A stretch of DNA of 64,000 nucleotides from Candidatus Iainarchaeum sp. (GCA_018304425.1 JAGVWE010000004.1:219189-283188); one strand, 5' to 3'. Shown: positions 45,001 through 54,500, numbered from the stretch's first letter. Numbers and translations: made by a program. The notes: generated by a model from the letters alone, not told the origin.

Positions 45001-47241
45001 GTCGGCCGGGAACCGGATGAAGCCTCCCCCAGTCTTGGCCCAGCCCCGGTAATGCAGGGGCAATACCGTGCCGAGGGGCACGGTGTCCCGCACCATCACG
45101 TCGGCTTCGGCCTCGTAAATGCCGCCCATCGCGTTGGGGAACACGATGTTCGCCCACTTCCCGTTGCCGGTGGTAAGGCGCGTGGAGTCAATCGAGTACC
45201 CGTCGTAGGGCGTGAACGACTGCCCCCTCGTAATCTGGGAGGTCGCGGCCCGGACATTCGACAGGTACAGGCCATCGCTTTCAAACAAGTCGTTTTCCCC
45301 GGTCCGCAAGTGGATGCCGGCCTCTTCGAAGCTGCTGCCCGGCGGGAGCTTCAACCGCAGCCGCGCCGTGTACTTCTGCCCGGGGTTCAAGGCGTTCTTC
45401 ACCGCGTCCGCCCCGGAGTAGAGGCCCATCAACTCGATTTCGGTCTTTGAAACGGTTTTTCCCAGCATCACGGCAATCGTTTGCGTCACGTCCTTGACCG
45501 GCTGCACGGGAATCGTGGTGTACGGCAGATAGTCCTGCGCATTCACCACAAAGTAAACGGTCTTGTCGGCCCGCACTTCCACCCTGGCCACGCCGTCCGA
45601 GTCCGCCATCTGCTCGGCCAGGGACTCGTTCTTGGAAACCGACAGCGCGCGCACGGAGGCACCGGCCACGATTGCGCCCTCCTCGTTGGTCACCCTCACT
45701 TCGACGGCGCCCATGCCGATGGGCAAAACAATGGAGGCGCGGTTGACCTGCCTCCGGCTCATCTGCACGGGCAGCGAGGTGGCCTCGCCAAAGCCCGGCT
45801 TGTAAGCGTAAACGTAGTAGGTGCCGTCCTCGACCCGTGAAAACACGGCTTCGCCGTTCGCACCTGTTACTATCTCGCTGCCGATGGCCGTGCCATCCGC
45901 TTTCTTGAGCCGCAGCCTCGCGTCCTCGACCGGGTTGTTGCTTTCGTCCGCGACTGTTACCGTCAAGGAGCCCGCGTTCTGCGCCGTGGCCTTTTCCAGG
46001 CGCAGGTCCACGGCTTGTTCGCCGGGCATGATTCCCGATTTCTTGAACAACAAGTACTCCGCGTGGTCCACCAAAATCTCGTAGGCCACGTTCTCCCCCA
46101 CCGAGAACTCCGCGGAACCGTTGGCCGCGGTCAACTGGGAGGCAATGCTCTTGTCCCCCTTGGAAAGCGTGACCAGGGCGTTGGCGACGGGTTCCTGGCT
46201 CTGCGAGTCGCGGAGCACCAGCCGGATTTTCCCGACCGCTTTCTTCGCCAGCCGCACCGACAGGCCCGCGCTCTGCTTGGGCAGCACTTCCTTGACGTCT
46301 CCCGCGACCGAGGAATCGAATTCGGCGAAGGCCCCCGTGGGGTCATAAGTGGTAACGTAGTATTTGCCTGGGACGACGTCGTTGAAGACCACCGTTCCCG
46401 CCGACGTGGTCGTGGCCTCCGCGATTTGGCTGGTGGAACCGAAGGCCTTGAGGTAGACCGTGATGCCTGCCAGGGCCTGGCCGTCCGAGCTCAGCACGGA
46501 AACGGTTAACGCCCCGGCGTCCTGGGTTGGGGCGTCCAGGAAGACTTCCGCGGTCTCCGCCGTGCTCAAGTCAATGGAGTCGTTTTCCGTCTTGAAGCCG
46601 TTCAAGGGGCTCGCGTAGAGGATGCCGCAGTCCTTTGGAACCGACAGGTCCAGCCTTCCATTGGAAGTGGTCTTGGTCTGGTTGAAAGAGCTGTTGCCAC
46701 CGCAGGAAAACCGGACCGTGATTTCCCCTGTCACCAGCTCATTGGTCCCGGCCTTCAAGAACTTGACGGTTTTGAGGATTTCCTTGGCAGCGGACTTCAG
46801 GGTAATCGCATGGCTTGCCCGCGGCTCTTTCGCGGTGAACAATTCCTGCACGGTTTCGAACTCGTCTTTTTTCGCCGTCAACTCGACTGCCTGGTTGACC
46901 GGCACCCGCACTTCCACCAACCCCGTTTCACTGGTGTTGACCACAAAAGAATCCTTGCCCGCCACCTTCACGGTTACAATCGCGTTCCCCAACGGGTTGC
47001 CTTCCTCGTCCACCACGGAAAGCGAGAGCGTGGACTCGCCGGGAGCCACCGCGCCCAGCAAAAACCAGCCGGCCACGCCCAAGACGACGAGCAGCAAGCC
47101 GAGGACAATCGGGAAGGAAGGGATGTTCTGGGCTTCAATGGGGTCAATCAGCGAGTAAACCGGGATGCCGGCCTTGTCCAGCTTGTCCAGGAAACCATAG
47201 TAAGCGTCCTCCAGCTTATAGTAAAGGTCTTTCAGCCCCAT
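39058..47241 (-). CDS. Giant membrane-anchored surface protein, paralog 3 (~2727 aa), with C-terminal cupredoxin domain
   Basis: Same N-terminal motif and repeats, a Y/N/P/Q-rich segment, the FCDAVQ...LPLD module, and a C-terminal H...C.IH..M cupredoxin. Confidence 0.9.
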   Translation of the reverse strand: MGLKDLYYKLEDAYYGFLDKLDKAGIPVYSLIDPIEAQNIPSFPIVLGLLLVVLGVAGWFLLGAVAPGESTLSLSVVDEEGNPLGNAIVTVKVAGKDSFVVNTSETGLVEVRVPVNQAVELTAKKDEFETVQELFTAKEPRASHAITLKSAAKEILKTVKFLKAGTNELVTGEITVRFSCGGNSSFNQTKTTSNGRLDLSVPKDCGILYASPLNGFKTENDSIDLSTAETAEVFLDAPTQDAGALTVSVLSSDGQALAGITVYLKAFGSTSQIAEATTTSAGTVVFNDVVPGKYYVTTYDPTGAFAEFDSSVAGDVKEVLPKQSAGLSVRLAKKAVGKIRLVLRDSQSQEPVANALVTLSKGDKSIASQLTAANGSAEFSVGENVAYEILVDHAEYLLFKKSGIMPGEQAVDLRLEKATAQNAGSLTVTVADESNNPVEDARLRLKKADGTAIGSEIVTGANGEAVFSRVEDGTYYVYAYKPGFGEATSLPVQMSRRQVNRASIVLPIGMGAVEVRVTNEEGAIVAGASVRALSVSKNESLAEQMADSDGVARVEVRADKTVYFVVNAQDYLPYTTIPVQPVKDVTQTIAVMLGKTVSKTEIELMGLYSGADAVKNALNPGQKYTARLRLKLPPGSSFEEAGIHLRTGENDLFESDGLYLSNVRAATSQITRGQSFTPYDGYSIDSTRLTTGNGKWANIVFPNAMGGIYEAEADVMVRDTVPLGTVLPLHYRGWAKTGGGFIRFPADNILGSKVSVAGRYDLYANTKTRSFSAGPSTLCDDAFCYTFGLEDLGTGIQTAVLEDYPARIQSSYKLSFTVTSISDRQFNSTELHVENAASAVSFSEYSVTDVSGMEKKGTLDGSQLVVPVGNMGRDDDVFGSVKLRTKREGVTDVVVSLVSQGQRVFERRIRLNVLAAAEMELEVLPKIIVPFINNNLLIKVTEKGTDNTISDATVTIRRNDVTLVSGKTNSEGIFVYQLTPTGAGSKITVLVEKPGYRSTERVITVSENILTVRPGQIKDLLVIGSNPEKEHSLFLGNQTEIPLVVEEVRESTAFKEFFKFTFADSYAGTELPTNSDQNLQFVIGLTPAAARILEPKKVSGSLDVVVSNREFNRQWTASIPVELRIGFGDEVDEAGCFSVFPQDLEISTNAGVKTYELTLKNNCAVNGQAIPLTNVEVKVVEANKNPLGEFFLSVDASEGGANRVRLTNQPAKALNVLAENAEVPLTLEFKPAEVSSGESKPTLVFTAAHNTASGQERLTQNVRALVRINDLVQCVEFIGADKLVVSSNPFNLGYGQYNANTTYDPFNYAIPDAYRNSYGYSTGVTQPFSGYQNPQSNVPVSSSQYVVNEQGVPIDPGTRQPYPQNYPDQVNNPNYGYYNQPYNQATYNSQYSSYPANLRAYPYSDYRAPNYNYDVYGGQATGQTKGNSSNFGVKNNCASAVVIDFNPEAGLLVSPQRSVVLEPNSEQTVSVQSSYVLGNYSVEARGKLKNSKEPSVPLRTITVTVDNEFSRSYSDCIDIDPAGTISLQNFVGKPKKLEVINKCYAEGIRVEPVPSSISFSNRDMILSWSVKGERLETKSTGKVTQIVSFDLIPNTQQYQNNAPPFPFEGSPMAKLGNLSYFATAGYYRVNAPTDLVVFFSNRLGSRSSRVFHVTIQDLLALGEFAERWMSYGDPNATPQSCLNPDAFKLSNHTFKGTENDCIPADLLEKNGGVYVYDTAKDMPMPFFRFAKQTPGGEVGGCGRMDRITGIQVKDNRIEKNGVVVSFEINRYSLEENLRSLGQTIFTLGGLLGGEMPKGGHDIIMRVDASEDNEAGGWNGRATKFSETVTVTVERAINGKRGNVILPLNFCINQGEPRKVQVKATDQFACENGKSGQGVVTDYGFDKLLFDWRWGGEKKEGVNPFTCGQYEYEAGADGKLGKAKPDETNYKFCDAVQFGESVAQKASLVSEAMKNLPKENALGERISSLYLYKHLIKAVTLKGVDKDSKSPMQNRLYFVGRDGTQDNVLLRGESLGVLTTRMEQLALQFLQAAKAPIESLRDPAKAKNLVDRTREIMANRLLLDEFQNIQRDMVIQIPFAPTKAIGLKITPAEYQAVLKQLGAHSFEETGYSFTGSYNGVDVEGGFYLLTLEEYQRFQQTVASLPNPESFVFDTFKSRPAAEQKALTLKALNLLKDSMEFRVGIRDKLGLTEEEKLKLMRDGSLDRVAEVSAYKDRYKFASEGIYKLYKDNIEFNAYLKEDGLSSDFKDDFQEAFKDKLGKTAGGTKGELKPFKEWLFCDDSEECEKNPKQITKFDSGLYRVRLQVYRDGMVIVRMKFEKPLKAIRERFASNPLFGLPLDNLVGLKGAELLREGYGTTYKVDSGEQDKMFFSYADSESARVAKAIGGDKPGYRHVLFDYVNRYDDTKTGKILSLVLPTGKVNDQYVPGALIYQPSDPVPLQLEVEKTSKDLFTPAGLIYQFNVKGATPGNEFIKWEASANTITGKTGKFLETVEAVGRLCKGKGSDKYHAVMFDDQPKNGRAVLKAVTFVPTRSGEVTASELQVYCGKDKFKLTAWDEGQAKSIEGEQAITLNQRGERLNSDYTFENLVKLLGQGRVCVEMKEDQTVKVGSEVKGPGMNLYWNQAELLKQTEQGTAAQPKPPQPAQVQEVTATLTDNAIALSPSTVNAGTVRFNITNNGNNKHTFAIGGSEVILEKGASQSMSVTLPAGQHEASCSIHGGMKATLTAN

Positions 47242-47254
47242 ACCCGACCTCAAC

Positions 47255-47325
47255 CCCTTAAATCACTAAATAATTTTACTCGATTAATATACTTTGTTGG
47301 GTGATTGTATATATATACTTATCCT
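47255..47325 (-). promoter_or_regulatory. AT-rich promoter region for the three-giant-gene operon
   Basis: Very AT-rich stretch containing GTATATATATAC and TATATTAA, upstream of ATG 47241. Confidence 0.5.
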
Positions 47326-47361
47326 CTATTTAAATTCTTCTTCTACCGCCTTTAACGCCCT

Positions 47362-47404
47362 AAAAAAGGGGGTTACGCGGGTTTCGGCTTCCCGCCCTTT
47401 TTTT
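47362..47404 (-). terminator. Hairpin plus T-tract terminator
   Basis: Minus strand AAAAAAAGG-GCGGG-aagccgaaa-CCCGC-gtaaCCCCCTTTTTT, just after the stop at 47418. Confidence 0.6.
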
Positions 47405-47417
47405 GCCGGCTGCCTTG

Positions 47418-49145
47418 CTAGGGCTGCGTGAAACAACCGCTTTGCGCGCTCCCCCCGGTTGGCAGGGCCGGCATCCCCCCGGTTGGCGAGGGAGGCACGT
47501 TCACCGAGTAGCACGTCCAATCCGTGGCCACCACGGCCTGGCAATCGGCTTGCTCTTGGGGCGGGGCATCCAGGGCACAGGCATTGTCCTGGCCCATGAA
47601 CCGGTGCGTGAACCCGCTCAAGCCCCCATCATGTAACCGGATTACATACGTGTTTTCATTGTCCTTGTTGACCTTGTACTGGTCATCGTTTTCCACGAAC
47701 GAAAGGAAAGCGTCAAACTCCTTGGCCTCCGTGCACTCCACGTGCTCGGCCGCGCCCCCCTCGATGCAGGAACCAATCGGGACATACTGGGTCTTGGGCT
47801 CCCAGTTTTCCTCCGCGTCCCGCTCAAAGTAGGCCCCCACCCCCTCGACCAGGTTCGGGCACATGCCTCCCGACAGCAGAGGCGAATTAGGATAACCCGA
47901 GCTGCCCGTGAACGTGCCCGTAGAAGCGGTGCCGCTTTGGGCGTACTCGATTTTCTTGGAAATCTCGGACGCGGTTCCCACGTCCACCTGCGACAACACG
48001 CCTGGACCAATCCGCTTCACGTCAAAGCCCTCGTCCTCCCCCACCCCGTACTCCGCGGCCAACGCGTTCGCGACAAAGTTCAGGCGCTGCTTGATGATTT
48101 CCCGCAACATATCCCCCATGCTCTGCCGGTCCTTCACCCCATAGTTTCCCGCGAAATCGATTCCCATGCTCGCCAACCCGCTCAAGTCCACGTGCACGGG
48201 CGGTATGCCCGGAGGCCGGCTATCCCCGGGACAGGGGTCTCCCTGGCTGTGCCCCGCCGGCAGGTAGGGGTTGTTCCTTGCCCCGCAACTGCCGGGGTCG
48301 CACACGCCGAGCTTCAACTCCTCCAACTCATTGTGGATTCTGGCACTCAACAAGCCATAATCCGCCTCATTGCGGATGAAGTCGCTGTCCGTGGGCGCGG
48401 CGTCATTGGGCGTGTGCGCCAATGCCTTCGCCCCGGCCAGGGCCTTGAATATGCGGAGGGGCACGTAAATCCGGAAATTGCTGCGCGGCAGGATGGGCTC
48501 CTTGATTACGCGGCCCGTGTCCCGGTTGGTCACCCGGATTTGGGGCAGCATCTCATAGTCTTCGTCGCTTATCCGGGACATGTTGAGGTTCACGTAAAAC
48601 GTGCCCACGCACTCCTTGTACACGCCGTTCGGGCAGTCGATGACTTCGAAGAAGTCGTCCTGCTTCACGCTCTCCTGGAACAGTTTCTGCAGCACCACCC
48701 GCATCTGTTCGACGTTGCTCTCCAGGTCCAGGCGGAAGCTCTTGAAGTCCTGGCCCTTCCCCGAGCCCAGGATGTTCGTCAAGTGGTTCGCGGTGCGGTT
48801 CGCGAACTGTACCCCCGAGTCCGTTCCCCCAAAGTTAGCGATTGCGAAGTCCCTGACCAGCTCGTTCCAGGTCACGGTGTCCGGCGTAATCAAAATCGAG
48901 TTCTGGGGGTTCGTCAGGTACTGCTCGATCTGGTAGCGGATGCCGAAGTTGAACACCTGCATGGCGTCCGCCCGGGCCAAATCCGCCATGGCCTGCATTT
49001 CCTGCTGTTCCTGGATGTCCGAAATCGTGTCCGTGACGTTCCGCTCCGTCCGGATCATGGACTGCGCCAGCAGCACGGCCAACACGATGAGGATGATGGA
49101 GACCAGTGCCGTGAAAAGCGTGAAACCCTTTGCCGTGCCGCGCAT
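47418..49145 (-). CDS. Large pilin-like protein with class III (prepilin) signal peptide
   Basis: MRGTAKG|FTLFTALVSIILIVLAVLLA, then a long amphipathic helix and a Cys-rich globular C-terminus. Confidence 0.8.
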   Translation of the reverse strand: MRGTAKGFTLFTALVSIILIVLAVLLAQSMIRTERNVTDTISDIQEQQEMQAMADLARADAMQVFNFGIRYQIEQYLTNPQNSILITPDTVTWNELVRDFAIANFGGTDSGVQFANRTANHLTNILGSGKGQDFKSFRLDLESNVEQMRVVLQKLFQESVKQDDFFEVIDCPNGVYKECVGTFYVNLNMSRISDEDYEMLPQIRVTNRDTGRVIKEPILPRSNFRIYVPLRIFKALAGAKALAHTPNDAAPTDSDFIRNEADYGLLSARIHNELEELKLGVCDPGSCGARNNPYLPAGHSQGDPCPGDSRPPGIPPVHVDLSGLASMGIDFAGNYGVKDRQSMGDMLREIIKQRLNFVANALAAEYGVGEDEGFDVKRIGPGVLSQVDVGTASEISKKIEYAQSGTASTGTFTGSSGYPNSPLLSGGMCPNLVEGVGAYFERDAEENWEPKTQYVPIGSCIEGGAAEHVECTEAKEFDAFLSFVENDDQYKVNKDNENTYVIRLHDGGLSGFTHRFMGQDNACALDAPPQEQADCQAVVATDWTCYSVNVPPSPTGGMPALPTGGSAQSGCFTQP

Positions 49146-49177
49146 CGAGCAATTAAAGGAATAAGTCCTTTAAATAG

Positions 49178-50902
49178 CTATTTTTCCTTGCGCTCGGGCG
49201 CGGGCGCCCTTCCCTCGTCCAGGACGGCCTGCAGCTTCCGCCCCATCATGGCCAGGCACTCGGTAATGGTGAGGCAGGGCGCGTTTTCCGCGTCGCGCTT
49301 GAACGTCAAATGGATGGACTTGAACTCGCCGTCATCGTCGAGGACTCCCTCGGAGCCGTCGGCCTTGACGTCCGAGAACACGGTCAGGTACAGGTCCTTG
49401 GCCGCCACCAGGCTCGGCAACTCGATGTTGTTGAACTTGCCGACTTCCACGGGGCACTGTACTGCGGCAGAAACCGAACCCATGGTTCGGTTCACACAGT
49501 CGTTGGCCGTGACATAATAGTAGCCCGATGAAATGCCCAAGTCTTTCCCGCTGTTGAGGTTCAACGGCATGGTGGCCTGGCCCGGCACCTTTGCCTTGTA
49601 GCCCGTGAGTTCCGGAATTTTCCGGCCGGCCTTGACCTCGATGTCCATGACGTCGTTGTGGAACAAGCCGGTTCCACTCTTCTTCGCGTTGAAGTACACG
49701 GGCTTGTTCTCGATCACGGACTCGAAGAAGACCACGAAGTTCCGTGCGGAGAGCTCGCATTCCTTCTTGGCGTTGATGACCTCCGCGGAGCAAACGACGT
49801 CCGCGGGTTCCCCGTACACGCCCTGCTGCCAGATGGAGACGTCCAAGGGCTTGGCCTCGCGTTTCCCGAACTTGAGCGTGATGACCGCAATCTCGTTGGC
49901 GGACAAGACGCCCTTGCCGTCCTCCCCTGGCTCGAAGTTGCTGAACACCAAAACCTGCATTGCGTCGTCCGTCAACTGGTTCAAAGGCTTGCCGTTCACG
50001 GTGTCCACCAGTACCGTGCAGTCCACGACCTCGCCCCTCGCCACGCAGTTCCTGCTGACATCGTTGACCACGTAATAGCCGCCGGTGTCCTTCAAGTCCA
50101 TGGAAGTCGAAGTAAAGGGAATGGCTTTCCGCGCAATGGGGTCAAAGGGCGCGCCCGCGCCTGGCTGGCCCTGCAGGCCCTGCTGGAGGCGGTTGAGGTA
50201 AAAGTATACCCTCGGCGGCTTGGGGTTGGTCATGGGCACGCCTTCCAGCACCAGCTTGAAGGGCGCGCGCTCCAAGGGCTTCTGCTTCAACGACAACTCG
50301 ATGACTCCATCCGGCCCCAGCACAAAGGATTCGCTGCCCTGCTCGACTCCCTTGACCGTTACCTTGAGCCCCTTCTGGTTGAGCTGGGTGGCCTCCGGTT
50401 TGTTGGCCAGCTTGTTTTCGAGGAACGCCTTGCCCCGTGCGCTGACGATTATCCTCGCGCCATCGACGTCCACGGCATTGCCTTCCACGTCCAGGTCCAG
50501 CATGATTTTCGCGCTCTCCGTGCCCGGAACCACGTTCCAGGCATCCATGTCGCGTTTCTCAAACGTCAAAAAGTATTCCGCTTCGTCGTCTTCCTTCCAC
50601 GTCCGCATGGTGCCCCACAGGGCTTCCATTCCCGGGATGCCGAACGCGAAATCCCATTGGTCGGCTTTGTCGTAGACCCGCATGAGCGTGATGGACAACA
50701 CGTCGCGGCCGCCATAGGTTGCCTTCAAGGCCTGGCCCTGCTGCAGGGTGCAGCCGCCCCCGCCATACCAGTTCGTGAAATCGGCTTGGCCTTCCAAACC
50801 ACCCGCCGCCGACTGGTTCAAGGGCAACGCGCACTCCGCGGCCGCGTTGGCCGCGAACAAGGCCAGGGCCAGGAACGCCACCCAAACCATGCGTGCCCTC
50901 AT
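49178..50902 (-). CDS. Secreted hypothetical protein
   Basis: Sec signal MRARMVWVAFLALALFAANAAA|EC, a beta-rich body and paired Cys residues. Confidence 0.82.
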   Translation of the reverse strand: MRARMVWVAFLALALFAANAAAECALPLNQSAAGGLEGQADFTNWYGGGGCTLQQGQALKATYGGRDVLSITLMRVYDKADQWDFAFGIPGMEALWGTMRTWKEDDEAEYFLTFEKRDMDAWNVVPGTESAKIMLDLDVEGNAVDVDGARIIVSARGKAFLENKLANKPEATQLNQKGLKVTVKGVEQGSESFVLGPDGVIELSLKQKPLERAPFKLVLEGVPMTNPKPPRVYFYLNRLQQGLQGQPGAGAPFDPIARKAIPFTSTSMDLKDTGGYYVVNDVSRNCVARGEVVDCTVLVDTVNGKPLNQLTDDAMQVLVFSNFEPGEDGKGVLSANEIAVITLKFGKREAKPLDVSIWQQGVYGEPADVVCSAEVINAKKECELSARNFVVFFESVIENKPVYFNAKKSGTGLFHNDVMDIEVKAGRKIPELTGYKAKVPGQATMPLNLNSGKDLGISSGYYYVTANDCVNRTMGSVSAAVQCPVEVGKFNNIELPSLVAAKDLYLTVFSDVKADGSEGVLDDDGEFKSIHLTFKRDAENAPCLTITECLAMMGRKLQAVLDEGRAPAPERKEK

Positions 50903-51529
50903 TTAAACGCCTCCACAAGCCGTTTCAAGGCCTTTCACGGCTTCCAGTCGCTGGACGTGCCGGGCTTCCTCGGCCGCGACATCCAAGCCCAACTCCGCGA
51001 ACCCCAATCGTTCGCTCTCGTTTGGGTACTCAGCCAAAAAGTTGCCGTACTGCAGGGCATAGCTTTTCAGCGCCTGCAACCGCTTCGCGCCAAAGCCATC
51101 GCGTTCCCTGAACAAGGCCAGGCTCGAACAGTAGTCGCTGAACGCGAGGCCATCGATTCGGGCCACGCGCGCGTTGTACGCTTCCTCGTTCAACCCAGCG
51201 TCCGCCATCGAAGCATACACCCCGGCCAGTTCAGCGGTTGCCTTGCTGTCCGCCTTGCCGGTTGCGGCCGAAAATTTTTCCTTCAACGCCTGCCACTCGC
51301 TTTCCGCCAAAGCGGCCGCCGAAAAGTCGAGGCCCACCGCCTGGATCCCTTTTTCCGACCAATAACCATTCAATTCATCCGTGGAAACGCTGCCCCCCAC
51401 CCTTGGAAGGTTGATGTCAGTCTTCACGTTCGCGCCCGTTCCCCCCGTGTCCTGCCTGGGAGCCGTGTTGTACAGGTAGGCGGCCACGGCCAGCAACCCC
51501 ACCACGAGCACGATTTTTCCCAGCTTCAT
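50903..51529 (-). CDS. Hypothetical protein with N-terminal signal/anchor helix
   Basis: MKLGKIVLVVGLLAVAAYL, a helical body, and a stop that abuts the next ATG. Confidence 0.8.
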   Translation of the reverse strand: MKLGKIVLVVGLLAVAAYLYNTAPRQDTGGTGANVKTDINLPRVGGSVSTDELNGYWSEKGIQAVGLDFSAAALAESEWQALKEKFSAATGKADSKATAELAGVYASMADAGLNEEAYNARVARIDGLAFSDYCSSLALFRERDGFGAKRLQALKSYALQYGNFLAEYPNESERLGFAELGLDVAAEEARHVQRLEAVKGLETACGGV

Positions 51530-51598
51530 CGTTTTCCGCCTTTAATAACATTACTTGGTGAACTTATATAAATATACTTCGGCTTTGCCCCTTGCCCC

Positions 51599-54500
51599 TC
51601 ACGTGGCCCGCGTGGCGTTCCACCGGGTATACGTGTCATATAACTCGTCCAGGTCCGGCTCGGCAGGCGCGCGGTACTTCTTGCCATAGGCTTGCAGGAC
51701 GCACGCAAACTGCTGGGCTTCTTCTCCGGGGCAAGCAGCCAGCAGGGACTTGACTTCCCCGGCCGCGCAGTCAAAGCTCTCGGCAAGGCCCTTGAACTTG
51801 GGGTCGGGCTTGCCGCACCCCGTGATGTACTCGTAATTGGTTTTCGCGCCCAGGTCCGTTTGCCAGATGCCGAGGACGATCAGCAGGGCCTCTGGCACCC
51901 CGGCTTTTGCCGCTATCTCCGTCGAGTGATGCCCAATGGCTTCGTAATAGGTTTTCACGTACCTTGCTTCCGTTTTTCCTTTTTCGCCCCACAACCCGGC
52001 GTTGGGCCGCAAATTGTGCAGGGCCTTGGAAACGTCCTTGTCAAACGCCTTGCCCGTGCAGTCCTCGAGCTTCTTGCTCTGGTCCACCGCTGCTAGGTCC
52101 GTTACGAGTGAAATCTTTTTCTCGACGAAGTCGCCCACGCGCTTCATGGTCACCTTGTAGGTCTCGCCCCGCTTGAACTTCTCGTCCGGCATCTCCGCCG
52201 TCACAACCTTTCCGTCCGGCGTCTTCACGGTCGCGGACGCGACAATGCTTTCCGTGGGAGTAATGGGTTCGGCGGCGAACTGCCAGTACGCTTCCCAAGC
52301 CAGCAACCCCATGAACTGCGCGAACAACCCGGAAACCACGCCGCCCAACAACTTCAAGGCGCCCTTGCCGCTCGCCTTCAAGATAGTGTCAGTAAAGAAT
52401 TTCTTGATGGCCCCCGAGCCCTTGCCCTTGACTCCGGTCTTCCGCATTTCCTCGAGGATGTCTTTCATGATTTTTTCCTCTTTTTCGCCGAGGGCAACGG
52501 ATTCCTTGGCTGAAAGGGTTTGAACACCGGCCAGCGCACTCCACACGGTTTTCTCGGCTTTCACCACATCAGCCACCCTTGCATTGACGGCGGCGGTGAG
52601 CTGGTTTTTGGCAATGCTGCCATTGCTGGTCCACACCGCGTCGCGCAAGGCATGCTCTACTTCCTGCCTCACCGCTGCCCTAAAGGGCGTTGCGCCAGGC
52701 GTTGGAATAAGGCCCCCACCTGCCTTGGTTTCAATGGCATCCACAATCTTGGGCGCAAGTTCATCCGACCACTGCATAATCTGGGCATTGCCGCCTGGAC
52801 TGAAATCGGTTACGTTCCAGCCACCCACGTTCCTTCCCGGCGTAAAAGTTCGCAGCATGTTCTTGGTGTTGATGTTGTCAGGAAGGATTGCACTCTTGAA
52901 CGCCGCTTCCACGTTCTCGCTCGTCAGCTTTTTCAACGCGGCTTCGTCGGCTTCCGTGATGAGTTTCCTCGCCTCTGCCCTGAGCGCCGTGTCGAAGTGA
53001 CCCGCCCTGAATGCGGGCCGGTTGAGAACCACGGGGGCCACTTCCTGCCGCGCCTTCAACAAGGCTTCCTGCAACTCCGTTTCAGTCAACTGCTTGCCTT
53101 TCGTGTAATAGTTGTCGAACAAGTATTTCTCGAGTTCTTCCGCGTACTCCCTGTTGAAAGTTTTCCTGGCGGTTTTGTCCAATGAATCCAGTTGCGCGGT
53201 CCACCGGGCGTTGCTTTCAGCGGTGGCAAGCTCTTCCGATACCTGGCCAAAGATTTTTTTGGCGCTTTTTTCGGTCAACGGCTTCTTCAGCTCCGGGATG
53301 ACCAATTCCTTGGCCGCGCCCTCGGCGCCAGCCAGTTTGGCCCCCTCTTCCACGGCTTCCTTGACCGCGGCCTCTCCGCCGCCGGCCGCAGCCGCCTTCT
53401 CCAATGCCGTGCCAGTAACCCTCCGGATGGTGGCCGGGATGGCCGGAATCACTACCTTGCCGGCCGAACTGCCAATGCCCACCGTCACCAGCATGTCCTC
53501 GGTCTTGCTCTTGAAGTCCTCCAAGTCCTTTCCGCTCGCCTTTCCGCTGGCAATCTGTTCGGCCTGCGCCTGGAAGTCCGCCACCTGTTTTTCGGTCACG
53601 GTTTCCGGCGAACCCAAACCAACGGTGCGCTTGGCAGTCGAGTAAACCCCGGAACCCGCCTTGGAAATCGTGGTTCCCACCTTGCCCAAGACGCCGGCGT
53701 AATCCAAGCCAGCGACGCCAACGGGAACTATGCAGTCCCAGAAGAAGCTAAAGGCCCCCACCGGGAAGCCGGCCGCAGCCGCAATGAACTTGGCGCTCCC
53801 GCACCCGACCAGGAAGACGCCCAGGCCGCCGAACTTCTGCAACGTGAACTTCTTGTCATACGCAGTCTGCCCCTCGGCCGGCGCGTCCGCCAAAATCTTG
53901 GTGGCGTCGTCCATCCGCGCCTTGGCGTCCTCGAGGTTCTTCAAGTTGCTCAACGTGATTTCGTCGGGGCCGCCCTTCCAGCCCAGGGTGGCATACAATT
54001 CCTTGGTCTCGCCATCCGCTAGCGGTTCCTTGGCGATGCGGTCCATGAAGTCATAGGGGTGCAGGGCGCACACCTGCAGGGAAACGGTTCCGTCCTTCGC
54101 GGCCTTCTTGGCGTGCACCGCGGACTGCGCGCCCAACACGAGCTTCTTGCCCTGCACCATCTGCGCGTGCGCGTCGCCCAACGCGCACACCTGGAAGTTC
54201 TTGTAATAGCGGCCCTTCAAGTCCTTTTCCTTCAAGTCCATGGCGGAAAACGCCTGCGCGCCCACTTCTTCCTTCCGGGTTTCCTCAAAGGGCTTGCCGC
54301 GGTACACCCGTTGCTCGCGGTTCTCCACCTGGGCCTGCACGTAGAATTCCTTCAAGCCGTTGAACGCCGTTTCCTGCTTCACCGACACCTTGACCGGCTC
54401 GGAGACGTCGCTGAACACGTTGAAGTCACAGCACGCGGTGTTCTGGCTGACCGTCAACGGGTTCGGGCAGGCGTTGAGCTCCAGTTGCCCGATTTTCTCG

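Noticed and set aside
41683-45450. 1255-aa plus-strand ORF, and similar long antisense ORFs (31362-33671, 54059-56497, 5352-6956, 47742-49517, 49658-51571)
   Set aside because: They lie antisense to well-supported genes and have no motifs. They are expected shadows of strong G/C third-position bias.
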